DNA of 64,000 bases, from assembly GCA_035525825.1 (NCBI GenBank), contig DATLDP010000065.1:4885-68884 (forward strand). Direction: 5' to 3'. The translations under genes were made by a program, and so were the position numbers. Shown here piece after piece: positions 16,672-25,622 of the stretch. Every line of letters begins with the position of its first letter. Position 1 is the first letter of the stretch. This DNA is from Candidatus Limnocylindria bacterium (lineage in GTDB: Bacteria > Chloroflexota > Limnocylindria > Limnocylindrales > CSP1-4). The notes under the pieces were generated by a model, which saw nothing but the letters and a program-made list of their open reading frames with translations, ran no database searches and was not told where the DNA came from.

Positions 16672-17882
16672 CGCGGGGCGGCGGCGCGGGCCGCGCCGCT
16701 CCGGGCCGGCGATCGCTTCGCCTCGTGTTCCGACGCTCCCTCGTATCGCACCGGGCTGCCGGCGCGGCGCTTCACGGCGAGCGCGGAGATCGCCTCGAGG
16801 GCGCAGCGATTCGCGATGGCGGCGGTCGACTCGGCCCAGTCGTACGGTGGCGAGACCTCGACGATGTCCATCCCCGCCAGCTCCACGCTGCCGACGATGC
16901 GCCGGACGGCCCGAAGCAGCTCTCGCGGGAGCATCCCGCCCGGCTCCGGCGTCCCGGTGCCGGGCGCCGACCCGGGATCGACGACGTCGATGTCGACGGA
17001 GAGGTAGATCGCGTCCGGCCCATCGAGGGCTTCGGCGATCGCGCGGTCCACCACCGCCTCGGCGCCATCCCGCTCGATCTCGGTCATCAGGTGCCAGCGG
17101 AGGCCGTGCTCGCGCATCCAGTCGAGGACGGAGGTCGGGGGCCAATAACCGCGGAGCCCCACCTGCACGAAGTTCTTGCCGGCCACCGCGCCGGATTCGA
17201 TGAGCCGCCGCATCGGCGAGCCGTGGCCGGCGAGCTGGCCGAACGAGTCCGGCGCCGTGTCAGCGTGGGCGTCGAAGTGGACGATCCCGATGCTGCCGGG
17301 CCTCCGAACCTCGGAGACCGCGCTCGCGCTCGGCCAGGTGATCGAGTGATCGCCGCCGAGCACGATCGGAATCGCGCCGGTCGCCGCGACCTCGCGGACC
17401 TTGCGGTAGATCATCGCGTGGCCGCGCTGGTACAGGGCAGGGACGATGTTGGCGTCCCCGGAGTCGACGACGGTCAGCTCCTCGAAGGGGCGCACGTCGA
17501 GCTGCAGGGAGTTGAGGTTCCCGGTGCTGTTCTGGGCCTCGCGGATCGCCCGCGGCCCGAACCGGGCGCCGGGGCGGTGCGTGACCATGTCGTCGAACGG
17601 CGCGCCGACGATGGCAACGTCGACGGCGAGTCGCCTCAGCTCGGCGGAATCCTCGATCCACGGCAGGTTGGCGAAGCTCGTCGGGCCGACGTAGGTCGGC
17701 AGGTCGAAGTTGGTGAACGTCTCGAAATCGGCGTCCCAACCCCACTGCCGACCGTACTCGCCGATGGTGCCGTTGGTGGCGTGGGTGCCCGGCGAAGGCG
17801 AGCTCTCGTTGGGGGCTCGGCTCGCGGTTCCATTGCTGGGGCGCGTGCCGCTGGCGGACGGGCGCGACGGGCGCTTGCTCAC
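16668..17882 (-). CDS. Agmatinase/arginase-family ureohydrolase (agmatinase or guanidino-acid hydrolase)
   Basis: GTG17882 is preceded by GGAGG (6-nt spacer). Mn-ligand motifs are present: GGDHSITWP, HFDAHADT and SVDIDVVDPGSAPGTGTPEPGG. The N-terminal ~40 residues are S/P-rich. Confidence 0.85.
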   Translation of the reverse strand: MSKRPSRPSASGTRPSNGTASRAPNESSPSPGTHATNGTIGEYGRQWGWDADFETFTNFDLPTYVGPTSFANLPWIEDSAELRRLAVDVAIVGAPFDDMVTHRPGARFGPRAIREAQNSTGNLNSLQLDVRPFEELTVVDSGDANIVPALYQRGHAMIYRKVREVAATGAIPIVLGGDHSITWPSASAVSEVRRPGSIGIVHFDAHADTAPDSFGQLAGHGSPMRRLIESGAVAGKNFVQVGLRGYWPPTSVLDWMREHGLRWHLMTEIERDGAEAVVDRAIAEALDGPDAIYLSVDIDVVDPGSAPGTGTPEPGGMLPRELLRAVRRIVGSVELAGMDIVEVSPPYDWAESTAAIANRCALEAISALAVKRRAGSPVRYEGASEHEAKRSPARSGAARAAAPR

Positions 17883-18005
17883 GTCGATCCTCCGGACCGG
17901 TCCGCGGAAGGGTGCGGGTGGCCGGTCACGTTCGACGCCGCCGGTTCGGATCCGCCGTCCAGCGGGGCGCCTGGCCGGCATGCTACCACCCGTCAGAGCC
18001 GCGTC

Positions 18006-18392
18006 CTACCGGCGATTCGGACTTCCCGCCGTGAGCGTCACCTCCGCGACGATCGCGAGCGCGACGAGGAAGAGGCCGATCTGCGGCTGGAAGAGGCCGT
18101 TGATCCGCATGATCACGAAGAGCGCCACGAGCAGGCCGATCCATGCGCCCCGGCGGACCGCGCGGAGCCAGTCGCCGCGGTAGGCGATCCGGCGCTGGCG
18201 TGCGAAGCCGATGAGCCACAGCAGCGGGGCCGTGGTCGCGGCGGCCGCGACCCCCAGAACCCCGGCACCCATGAATCCCGCCTCCGGGCTGGACCTCGGG
18301 TCGACATTGAGCGCGACGATCCCGACGGCGGTCCAGCCGAGGAGCGCCAGGCCGAACAGGGCGAGGGTCAATCGACGGTCCCGCGATCGCAT
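18006..18392 (-). CDS. Small integral membrane protein (4 predicted TM helices)
   Basis: ATG18392 is preceded by GGAGG (6-nt spacer), and that SD overlaps the HAD gene's stop. The 128-aa product is MRSRDRRLTLALFGLALLGWTAVGIVAL...GLFLVALAIVAEV... No family recognised. Confidence 0.5.
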   Translation of the reverse strand: MRSRDRRLTLALFGLALLGWTAVGIVALNVDPRSSPEAGFMGAGVLGVAAAATTAPLLWLIGFARQRRIAYRGDWLRAVRRGAWIGLLVALFVIMRINGLFQPQIGLFLVALAIVAEVTLTAGSPNRR

Positions 18393-18402
18393 GCCGGGCC
18401 TC

Positions 18403-19272
18403 CTAGCCGCGGACCCGCGACATCGCCGCCACTGCGACACGATCCAGCGCCACCCCGCCGACGAGGTCGGCGAGCTCGTCGATGACCAGGTCCGCGACGA
18501 CGCGCTCGGGCCCGTCCAGCCCGTCACCGGGCTCCGAAGTCGGGAGCGGCGTGTCCGCCTGGCGGTTCTGGAGGTACGCGGTCCGCCATCCGGCCCGCGT
18601 CGCGCCGACGACGTCCGCGGCCCAGTCGTCGCCGACGTGCAGGATCGATGTCGGGGCGCCACTCGCCGCCTGGATCCCGAGGGCGACCTCGGCAGCGCGG
18701 AAGATGGACGGGTGGGGCTTGATGGTCCCGACGCGCTGCGAGACGACGATCGCGCGCAGGAACGGGGTCCAACCCTGGGCCTTGGCAAATCGGTCGATGG
18801 TCACCGCCAGGGGCCAGTTCGAGAGGATCCCAAGGACGAAGCCCTCCTCGTGCAGCCGCCGCATCGTGTCGGCGGCGTCGTCAACGGGCCGCATCCCGTC
18901 CACGAACGCCGCGCTGTACGCGTCGATGACCGCCTCGATCTCCCCCGGCCGGACATGGGCGGCCGCAGCCCGGTCGTCCCAGCGGTGCTCCTCGGGCGGC
19001 GCCGCCATTCCGCGTTGGCGGGCGAGCACCCGAACCGCGCGCTGGTCGATGTCCACCTCGCGGAACTGCGGGACCTCCTCTCGGAACTGCCGATCGCGCT
19101 CCTCCGACCGTGCGGCGAGGAAACCGTCGCGGTCCGCAACGACTCCGGCGTGGAGGAGGGCGTCCGCGGTCTGCTCGACGACGCCGCGCAACCCCGGGCG
19201 ATCCACGCGCACGAGGGTGTTGCCGAAGTCCAGCGTGATCGCCGCGACCCGAAGCACCTCGGAGTCCCCCAC
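18403..19272 (-). CDS. HAD-superfamily hydrolase (subfamily IA-like)
   Basis: 289 aa. Motif I-like ITLDFGNTLV, motif II GILSNW, motif III K (GTIKPHPSIF) and motif IV HVGDDWAADVVGA. Confidence 0.8.
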   Translation of the reverse strand: MGDSEVLRVAAITLDFGNTLVRVDRPGLRGVVEQTADALLHAGVVADRDGFLAARSEERDRQFREEVPQFREVDIDQRAVRVLARQRGMAAPPEEHRWDDRAAAAHVRPGEIEAVIDAYSAAFVDGMRPVDDAADTMRRLHEEGFVLGILSNWPLAVTIDRFAKAQGWTPFLRAIVVSQRVGTIKPHPSIFRAAEVALGIQAASGAPTSILHVGDDWAADVVGATRAGWRTAYLQNRQADTPLPTSEPGDGLDGPERVVADLVIDELADLVGGVALDRVAVAAMSRVRG

Positions 19273-19273
19273 C

Positions 19274-22200
19274 TCAGCGCGCGACGCTCGACGGGCAGAT
19301 GTCGCGGAACGGGCAGTAGGTGCACGCGAGGGTGCCCGGCTTGGGGGTGTAGTCGCGCGACCGGATCCCCGCCGCCGCCGTCGCGATCTTCTGGCGGGCC
19401 TTCTCGAGCCTCGCCGGCTCCACCTCCGCTCGGCCCACCAGGCCCGAGTCGAGGAAGTGGAGCTGCACCGCGTCGGGCAGGCGGCCCGTCATCGCCTCGT
19501 AGGCCATCGCGTAGATCTGCAGCTGGAGCGATTCACGAGCGCGCTGCTTCGCCACCGCGGGATCCCGGACGTCGCTGCTCTTGTAGTCCGTGATCGTGAC
19601 CTCCTCGGGGCCGAGGAGCTCGAGCATGGGCTCGAGGACGTCCGCCCGGAGCAGCGCCGGTGGTTCCGCGACCGTCTCCCCGGTGACGCTCGCCGACGTG
19701 GCGGCGACCGGCACGATGTCGACGCGATCGAAGCGGCCGCGAACGCGATCCCCGCCGAGCGCGAACGCGAACTCCCGCTCCACCCACGCCGGGACGACCG
19801 TGCCGGGCTGCAGCTGGGTCTCTCGGAATTGGCGGAGCGCGGCCCGGCCGGCCTCCAGCCGCGCGGACTCATGCTCGCGGGAGAGGAACCCCTCGTTGGT
19901 CCAGGCCGCGTCGAAGACCGCGAGCAGCTCGTCCTCCGTCAGCGGCTTGCCGCGCGCCTGCGAGCGGTGGAACTCCTGGGCCGCCTTGTGGAGCGCCGAG
20001 CCGTAGATCATCGAGTGATGCGGCGTCGTGGGGACCCGGACGACCTGGGCGTACTTGTAGCGGAGCGGGCAGGTCAGGTAGTCGTCGATCGCCGAGTGGC
20101 TGAGTGTCAGCGGGCCCTGGATCGCGGAGCGGTCCACTTCCGGCGCCTCCACCGGGCCTTCTGCTGCCGCGATCCGCTGGAGCGGGCCGGAGGCGTGCAC
20201 CGCGGTCGGCAGCGCACCGGTGAACCCCGCCGTGGGCAGATCGAGCGCTTCCAGGACGAACGGCGACACCCGACGGGCCCGCCCACCGGACGATTCCGCG
20301 GAGTGGCTCAGGACCAGCTCGTCTCGGGCGCGCGTCATCGCCACGTAGAACAGGCGCCGTTCCTCCTGGAGATGTCCGTCGCCCTCGGGCAGGATCTCGT
20401 CGACAAGCTCGAGCGGCATGGCGAGCGGCTCTCGCCGGGAGCGGGCCGGGAAGCGATCCGCCACGAGGCCGGGCAGGAAGACGACCGGAAACTCCAGCCC
20501 CTTTGCCTTGTGGACCGTCATCACGTGGACCGCGTCCACATCCGGGTCCGGGTCCGCGGTCGCCGGATCATCGCCGGCCTCGATCAGGGTGGCGAGGTGC
20601 CGGGCGAGGAAGACGGCGCGATCGTCCGCGAGGAGGGCCGACTGGGTCCGGATGATGTCGAAGAACCGGCCGATGTTGGCCAGCTGCTCCTCTGCCGCCA
20701 CGCTCGTGGCGCCGGCGAGATCCGCCAGCCAGCCGCTGTCGCGGAGGAAGGCGTAGAGCACCTCGCCGGCCGGCCGGCGCTGTGCGAGCTCGCGGTACCG
20801 CCGCAGGTCGTCGGTGAGCCGGGCGAGGGGCTTCCGTCCCGCCGGGGTCAGCCGGAGGAGCGCGGGCTGGTCCTCGAGCTCCTCGAGGACCTCGAAGATC
20901 GATCGATGGCGGCGGCGCGCCGAGCCAGCGACCTCCGCGAGGTCCGCCCCGGGTATGCCGTATCGCTCCGAAGCGGCGAGCGCATAGACATCGACGCTCG
21001 ACGCGGGATCGGCCACCGCTCGCAGGAGCGAGAGCAGGAGCCGGACCTCCGGGCGGGCGTAGAGGCCGGATGAGCCGGAGAACCGCCACGGCACCCCGGC
21101 GGTGTTGAGGGACCGAAGGATGGGGTCGGCATCCGCGTTCGCGCGCACCAGGACCGCGTGATCTCGTGGCGCGGCGCCATCGGCGACCCGCCGCTTGATA
21201 TCGCCGGCGATCCAGTCGGCCTCCTCCGGCGCGGTGCCGAACACGTGATGCCGAACGGGCGCGGCGGCGCGATCGCTCCGCTCAGGGATCAGCCGCTTGG
21301 AGATCCCGACCTTGACCTCGAGCCGGTCCGGATCGTTGAAGCGGACGAGGCGGTGGGCGCCATCAAGGATCGGCGCGAGCGAGCGGTAGTTGCGCCGCAG
21401 GACGACGGTCCGGGCGCCGCGATAGCGATCGCGGAACTCGAGGATGTTGCTGATCGCCGCGCCGCGGAAGCGATAGATCGACTGATCGTCGTCCCCCACC
21501 ACCGTCACGTTGCGATGCCGCTCGGCGAGCGTTGCCACCAGCTCCGATTGCGCCCGGTTGGTGTCCTGGAACTCATCGACCAGGATGTAGCGGTAGCGGT
21601 CCCGCAGCGATTCGCGCGCCGCGGCGGATTCGCGCAGGAGCTGGAGCGCCAGCTCGACCTGGTCCCCGAAGTCGATGGAGCCGTGCTCGCGGAGCAGGCC
21701 CGTGTAGCTCGCATATGCCCGGGCAAGCTCGCCCTGGCGCCGCGCCTCGTCGCCGGCCGCGAGGGCCGCGTCCCGATCAGCCTCGCCCGCGTCGACACCC
21801 TCCGCGGCCGAGGCCAGCACGCCTGCGCGCTCCGCGAGCCGCTCGGCGTGGGCGAGGTAGGCAGCCGGCGCGACGTCCTCGTCGCGGCACCGTGCGAACA
21901 GCGACGCAAGTGCCCCCAGGAAGCGCGTGGGGTCGCCAAGCGGCCGGTACTCCTGCAGCCCGAGCTCGAACAGGCGCTCGCGCATGAAGACGATGACCTC
22001 TGCCCGCGTCAGCACGCGGACGTCAGGCGCCAGCCCGAGCTCGAACGCGAACTCGCGGATCAGCCGATCGCCGAAGGCGTGGAACGTGGAGATGGCGGTA
22101 TCCGCGTAGCCATACGGAACGAGCTGGTCCACGCGGAGCTGCATCTCCTCCGCGGCCTTGTCCGTGAACGTCAGGGCCAGGATCTCCGACGGCTTCGCCC

Positions 22201-22501
22201 GCCGGGTCGCAATCAGCCATGCGATCCGACGCGTGATCACCTGCGTCTTGCCGGTGCCCGCGCCCGCGACCACGAGGAGCGGCCCGTCCCCGTGCGTGAC
22301 CGCGCGGCGCTGCTCGGCGTTGAGCCCCGCCAGGAGGGCGTCGATCCCCGTCGGTGACGTCGGCGCACCGTCGCGCGCCGGGTCCGCGGCCGCGACCGCC
22401 GTCTCGAACCCATGCCACACCGGGATCTGCTCCAGCGGGCGGATACGGCGTCGAGATCTCGTCCGGATCATCGGGTCCGGGGCCGGTCGGAGTGGGGGCA
22501 T
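19274..22501 (-). CDS. UvrD/PcrA-type SF1 helicase fused to a C-terminal PD-(D/E)XK, Cas4/AddB-like Fe-S nuclease
   Basis: It has LLVVAGAGTGKTQVI (Walker A), ILVDEFQDTN and TVHKAKGLEFPVVFL. The C-terminal nuclease has ITDYKSSD, LQLQIYAMAY and Cys ligands (TCPLRYKY ... CTYCPFRDIC). The start is uncertain (ATG22501 or ATG22471). Track ORF codons upstream overlap the DUF4446 gene. Confidence 0.85.
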   Translation of the reverse strand: MPPLRPAPDPMIRTRSRRRIRPLEQIPVWHGFETAVAAADPARDGAPTSPTGIDALLAGLNAEQRRAVTHGDGPLLVVAGAGTGKTQVITRRIAWLIATRRAKPSEILALTFTDKAAEEMQLRVDQLVPYGYADTAISTFHAFGDRLIREFAFELGLAPDVRVLTRAEVIVFMRERLFELGLQEYRPLGDPTRFLGALASLFARCRDEDVAPAAYLAHAERLAERAGVLASAAEGVDAGEADRDAALAAGDEARRQGELARAYASYTGLLREHGSIDFGDQVELALQLLRESAAARESLRDRYRYILVDEFQDTNRAQSELVATLAERHRNVTVVGDDDQSIYRFRGAAISNILEFRDRYRGARTVVLRRNYRSLAPILDGAHRLVRFNDPDRLEVKVGISKRLIPERSDRAAAPVRHHVFGTAPEEADWIAGDIKRRVADGAAPRDHAVLVRANADADPILRSLNTAGVPWRFSGSSGLYARPEVRLLLSLLRAVADPASSVDVYALAASERYGIPGADLAEVAGSARRRHRSIFEVLEELEDQPALLRLTPAGRKPLARLTDDLRRYRELAQRRPAGEVLYAFLRDSGWLADLAGATSVAAEEQLANIGRFFDIIRTQSALLADDRAVFLARHLATLIEAGDDPATADPDPDVDAVHVMTVHKAKGLEFPVVFLPGLVADRFPARSRREPLAMPLELVDEILPEGDGHLQEERRLFYVAMTRARDELVLSHSAESSGGRARRVSPFVLEALDLPTAGFTGALPTAVHASGPLQRIAAAEGPVEAPEVDRSAIQGPLTLSHSAIDDYLTCPLRYKYAQVVRVPTTPHHSMIYGSALHKAAQEFHRSQARGKPLTEDELLAVFDAAWTNEGFLSREHESARLEAGRAALRQFRETQLQPGTVVPAWVEREFAFALGGDRVRGRFDRVDIVPVAATSASVTGETVAEPPALLRADVLEPMLELLGPEEVTITDYKSSDVRDPAVAKQRARESLQLQIYAMAYEAMTGRLPDAVQLHFLDSGLVGRAEVEPARLEKARQKIATAAAGIRSRDYTPKPGTLACTYCPFRDICPSSVAR

Positions 22502-22565
22502 GCGAGGAGGATGGCCGGCAGCCGTGACAGCTCTGCTGACACGCCACCAGCCCTCCCGCGCATCG

Positions 22566-23024
22566 TCAGGCGGATCCGCCGGCTGCGGGCCCGAGCGCCT
22601 GCCGCAGCGCCTCGGACTCCTCGGATGAGAGGGCGGACTCGGACGCGCCGCCGGCCACGGCCTTCGCGTACACGCGAGTTCCCGCCCGGGCGTGCAGGCT
22701 CGAGATGACGAAGCCATCACCACGACCATCGAGGAGCGCGAGCGCGAAGCTCTGGTTGCCGCCGGTGTCCTCGAACGGGTTGAACCGCACCAGCCCCACC
22801 CGCCCGAACGAGCCCTGCAGGTCCCGCTCGAGGACCGCCGTCCGAGCCGCCACGAGGTCGACATCGCGAACGACCTGCCGGACGCGATCAAGATGACTGC
22901 CGAGCACCGCCTCCAGCGACTGGTCGTCGCTCCCACGGGTGATGCTCTCGAGCCGCCGACCGAGCCTGCGCGAGCGCCGGATCAGCCCGACGACGGCCAG
23001 CACGAGGGCCAGGACGACGACCAC
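22566..23024 (-). CDS. DUF4446 family protein
   Basis: It carries the hallmark VGLVRFNPFEDTGGNQSFALALLDGRGDGFVISSLHARAGTRVYAKAV...LSSEESEALRQA. GTG23024 begins in the middle of the predicted TM helix. The frame stays open upstream (…IDLDALVSANIGWIVVGL) to a GGAGGA (23086-23091) that is 7 nt from an ATC codon (23078), so the true N-terminus may be longer. Confidence 0.8.
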   Translation of the reverse strand: MVVVLALVLAVVGLIRRSRRLGRRLESITRGSDDQSLEAVLGSHLDRVRQVVRDVDLVAARTAVLERDLQGSFGRVGLVRFNPFEDTGGNQSFALALLDGRGDGFVISSLHARAGTRVYAKAVAGGASESALSSEESEALRQALGPAAGGSA

Positions 23025-23183
23025 GAGCCCGACGACGATCCAGCCGATGTTGGCCGAGACGAGCGCATCGAGATCGATCGGAGCGTCCTCCTGCGGGGCG
23101 GTCAGCCGAGTCTAGCGCCCGCCGATCGACCCGGGATCACCTCGAGCCGGGACCCGGGAGGCCGGTGCTATCCTTCCGCGGCC

Positions 23184-23642
23184 ATGGCCAAACGAACCCG
23201 ATATTCCGATCGAACGACCGCTCGACCCGGCGCCAAGCGCGCCGATCGACCGAGCGCCGGCGCCCGAGGTCCGCAGCCCGCCCGACCCGTCTCCGCCGCG
23301 GACGCGCCGATCCCAGTCGACCTCCCGGACGACGCGCCGAGGGTGGCGAGCCGCTCCGGCCTGACCGAGTCGGAGGTCGACCGAGCCGCCGAGCTCGAGG
23401 CCCAGGTCGCCGCTCGCGAGAAGGCCGCGATCGCCGAGTCGCTCCGGCGCCGCCAGCGCGCCGACGACGGCCCCTCGCGCCTAGCCGGCGACATCAACCA
23501 GTCGCTGTCGGTCCGCGCGGCCCACGAGTACGCCTACGTCGCCCGCGACGTCCGCCGCTTCCTCCTGACGGGCGGCTTGATGATCGCCATCCTCGCCGTG
23601 ATCTACATCGTGCTCAACGTGATGGGCCCCGGCGCGGTCTGA
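23184..23642 (+). CDS. Hypothetical tail-anchored protein
   Basis: ATG23184 gives MAKRTRYSDR... The product is basic and disordered, then has a helical segment (ELEAQVAAREKAAIAESLRRR), then a C-terminal TM helix (FLLTGGLMIAILAVIYIVLNV). A TATCCT -10-like box lies 9 nt upstream of the ATG. The upstream part of track ORF 22692- is shadow. Confidence 0.5.
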   Translation: MAKRTRYSDRTTARPGAKRADRPSAGARGPQPARPVSAADAPIPVDLPDDAPRVASRSGLTESEVDRAAELEAQVAAREKAAIAESLRRRQRADDGPSRLAGDINQSLSVRAAHEYAYVARDVRRFLLTGGLMIAILAVIYIVLNVMGPGAV

Positions 23643-23644
23643 CC

Positions 23645-23998
23645 ATGGGCGAGCTGATCGGCGTGGCGCGATTCAAGTTCGATCCCGGCCAGGTCGAGGA
23701 ATACAAGCGCTGGTGCGCGCACGCGATGGAGATTGTCCAGGCGAAGGAGCCCGGCACCCTCGAATACTCGGTCTTCTTCAACGAGGACGAGTCGGAGGCG
23801 GTCGTCATCGAGCGGTTCGCGAGCTCTGAGGCATTGCTCGAGCACGGTCGGAACATGGCTGAGGTCTCGAAGGCAGTGCTCCAGACGGGCGCGGTCGAGG
23901 GCGAGCTCCTGGGCGACCCGAACGCGGAGATCCGCGCGAACCTCACCGGCCCCGAGCCGCAGCTCTTCACTCCCTGGTTGTCGCTGAAGCCGCGGTAG
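23645..23998 (+). CDS. ABM (antibiotic biosynthesis monooxygenase)-like small protein
   Basis: ATG23645 lies 2 nt after the preceding stop. The 117-aa product reads IGVARFKFDPGQVEEYKRWCAHAMEIVQAKEPGTLEYSVFFNEDESEAVVIERFASSEALLEH, a ferredoxin-like ABM pattern. Confidence 0.55.
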   Translation: MGELIGVARFKFDPGQVEEYKRWCAHAMEIVQAKEPGTLEYSVFFNEDESEAVVIERFASSEALLEHGRNMAEVSKAVLQTGAVEGELLGDPNAEIRANLTGPEPQLFTPWLSLKPR

Positions 23999-24005
23999 CT
24001 CGTCC

Positions 24006-24020
24006 TAGACTGGCCAGGTG
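24006..24020 (+). promoter_or_regulatory. Candidate leaderless promoter/start of rarA (TAGACT-6 nt-GTG)
   Basis: TAGACT at 24006-24011, spacer ggccag, GTG at 24018. No SD is present. The geometry puts a transcription start at or next to the start codon. Confidence 0.4.
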
Positions 24021-25535
24021 CCAGCTCATCGCGTCACCGGCGCCAGACCCGAGGCCCTCTTCCAGCCGCCGCCCGAGCGCCAGCCACTCCCCGCCCGCAT
24101 GCGACCGCGCACCTTCGACGAGTTCGAGGGCCAGCAGCACCTGGTCGGTGAGCAGGGGCCGCTCCGCAAGTCGGTCTCGCGCGGTCATCTGACCTCGCTG
24201 CTGCTGTGGGGACCGCCGGGCACTGGCAAGACCACCCTGGCGCGGATTCTGGCGGATGCCGTCGGCGCGGACCTGATCACGCTCTCGGCGGTCATGTCCG
24301 GCGTGGCGGAGGTCCGCAGCGCGATCGTCACCGCCCAGGAACGGCTCGCGCTCAACGGCAAGCGGACGATCCTGTTCATCGACGAGATCCACCGCTTCAA
24401 CAAGGCCCAGCAGGACGCGCTGCTCCCGCACGTCGAGGACGGCACGGTCACCCTGATCGGGGCGACGACCGAGAACCCCTACTTCGAGGTCAACTCCGCC
24501 CTCCTCTCGCGCCTCCGCGTGTGGCGCCTGGAGCCCCTCACCGACGAGGACATCGCGAAGGTCATCCGGCGGGCCATCGAGGACCCCGACCGGGGCCTGG
24601 CCGGCACGCTGGGGCCCGAGGACGGCAACGGCCTCTCGATCGCGGACGAGGCCTTCGAGCATCTCGTCTCGATCTCCGGCGGCGACGCTCGGGTGGCGCT
24701 CAACGTCCTCGAGGGCGCGGTCGCACTCGCGGAGTCCGAGGGCGCGCGCGACGCGGCCGGCAAGGTCTCCCCTCGCCTCCCCGACATCGAGGCCGCCGCG
24801 CAGCAGCGGATCCTCCAGTACGACCGCGCGGGCGACGGCCACTACGACACCGTCTCGGCGTTCATCAAGAGCCTCCGCGGCAACGACGCCGACGCGGCGC
24901 TGTACTGGCTCGCCGCGATGGTCGCCGCCGGCGAGGACCCTCGCTTCATCGCCCGCCGGCTGATCATCAGCGCCTCGGAGGACGTGGGGAACGCCGATCC
25001 CCGCGCGCTGCAGGTCGCGGTGGCCGCGGCCCAGGCGCTGGACCATGTGGGGCTGCCCGAAGCGCAGTACGCCCTCGCCCAGGCGACCACCTACATCGCG
25101 ACCGCCCCGAAGTCGAACCGCTCCGGCACCGCCTACTGGGCCGCGGTCGGAGACGTCGAGACCCGCGGGTCGCTGCCGGTGCCGCTCCACCTTCGCACGG
25201 CGGCAAACCCCCGACTGAAGCACCACGGGATCGGCGTCGGCTATCGCTATCCGCCGGACTTCGAGGGCTCCGACATCGACCAGCGCTACCTGCCCGACGA
25301 GCTCGACGGCCGGCACTACTACCTGCCCACCGACCAGGGCTACGAGGCGACGATCACCGAACGACTCGCTCGCCGGGCCGCCGCCCGAACCGCCGCTCGC
25401 GAGGCCGGGCGCACGCCCAGGAACCCGATCCCGGCGCCGGAAGCGGCGCGCGGTGCCGGGGGACAGATCCTGAAGCAGCGCGAAGCGGGCCGCCGGAAGC
25501 TGGCCGACACCCAGAAGCGAGACGCCGCAGACTGA
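24018..25535 (+). CDS. rarA: Replication-associated recombination protein A (AAA+ ATPase)
   Basis: 505 aa with [31 protein letters not shown], the MgsA C-terminal region ([24 protein letters not shown]) and a basic C-terminal tail. Confidence 0.9.
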   Translation: MPAHRVTGARPEALFQPPPERQPLPARMRPRTFDEFEGQQHLVGEQGPLRKSVSRGHLTSLLLWGPPGTGKTTLARILADAVGADLITLSAVMSGVAEVRSAIVTAQERLALNGKRTILFIDEIHRFNKAQQDALLPHVEDGTVTLIGATTENPYFEVNSALLSRLRVWRLEPLTDEDIAKVIRRAIEDPDRGLAGTLGPEDGNGLSIADEAFEHLVSISGGDARVALNVLEGAVALAESEGARDAAGKVSPRLPDIEAAAQQRILQYDRAGDGHYDTVSAFIKSLRGNDADAALYWLAAMVAAGEDPRFIARRLIISASEDVGNADPRALQVAVAAAQALDHVGLPEAQYALAQATTYIATAPKSNRSGTAYWAAVGDVETRGSLPVPLHLRTAANPRLKHHGIGVGYRYPPDFEGSDIDQRYLPDELDGRHYYLPTDQGYEATITERLARRAAARTAAREAGRTPRNPIPAPEAARGAGGQILKQREAGRRKLADTQKRDAAD

Positions 25536-25622
25536 ACCCACGCCAATCGGTACCCTCGCGGTCGCATCGGCAATATCGGCCTCGAAGGAGATCCCATCCC
25601 GCAATCGCCGCGCGTCCGGCTC

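Noticed and set aside
22502-22936. An upstream extension of the helicase-nuclease ORF (track ORF of 1220 aa).
   Set aside because: It overlaps the well-supported DUF4446 gene (22566-23024) in another frame and has shadow-like composition.
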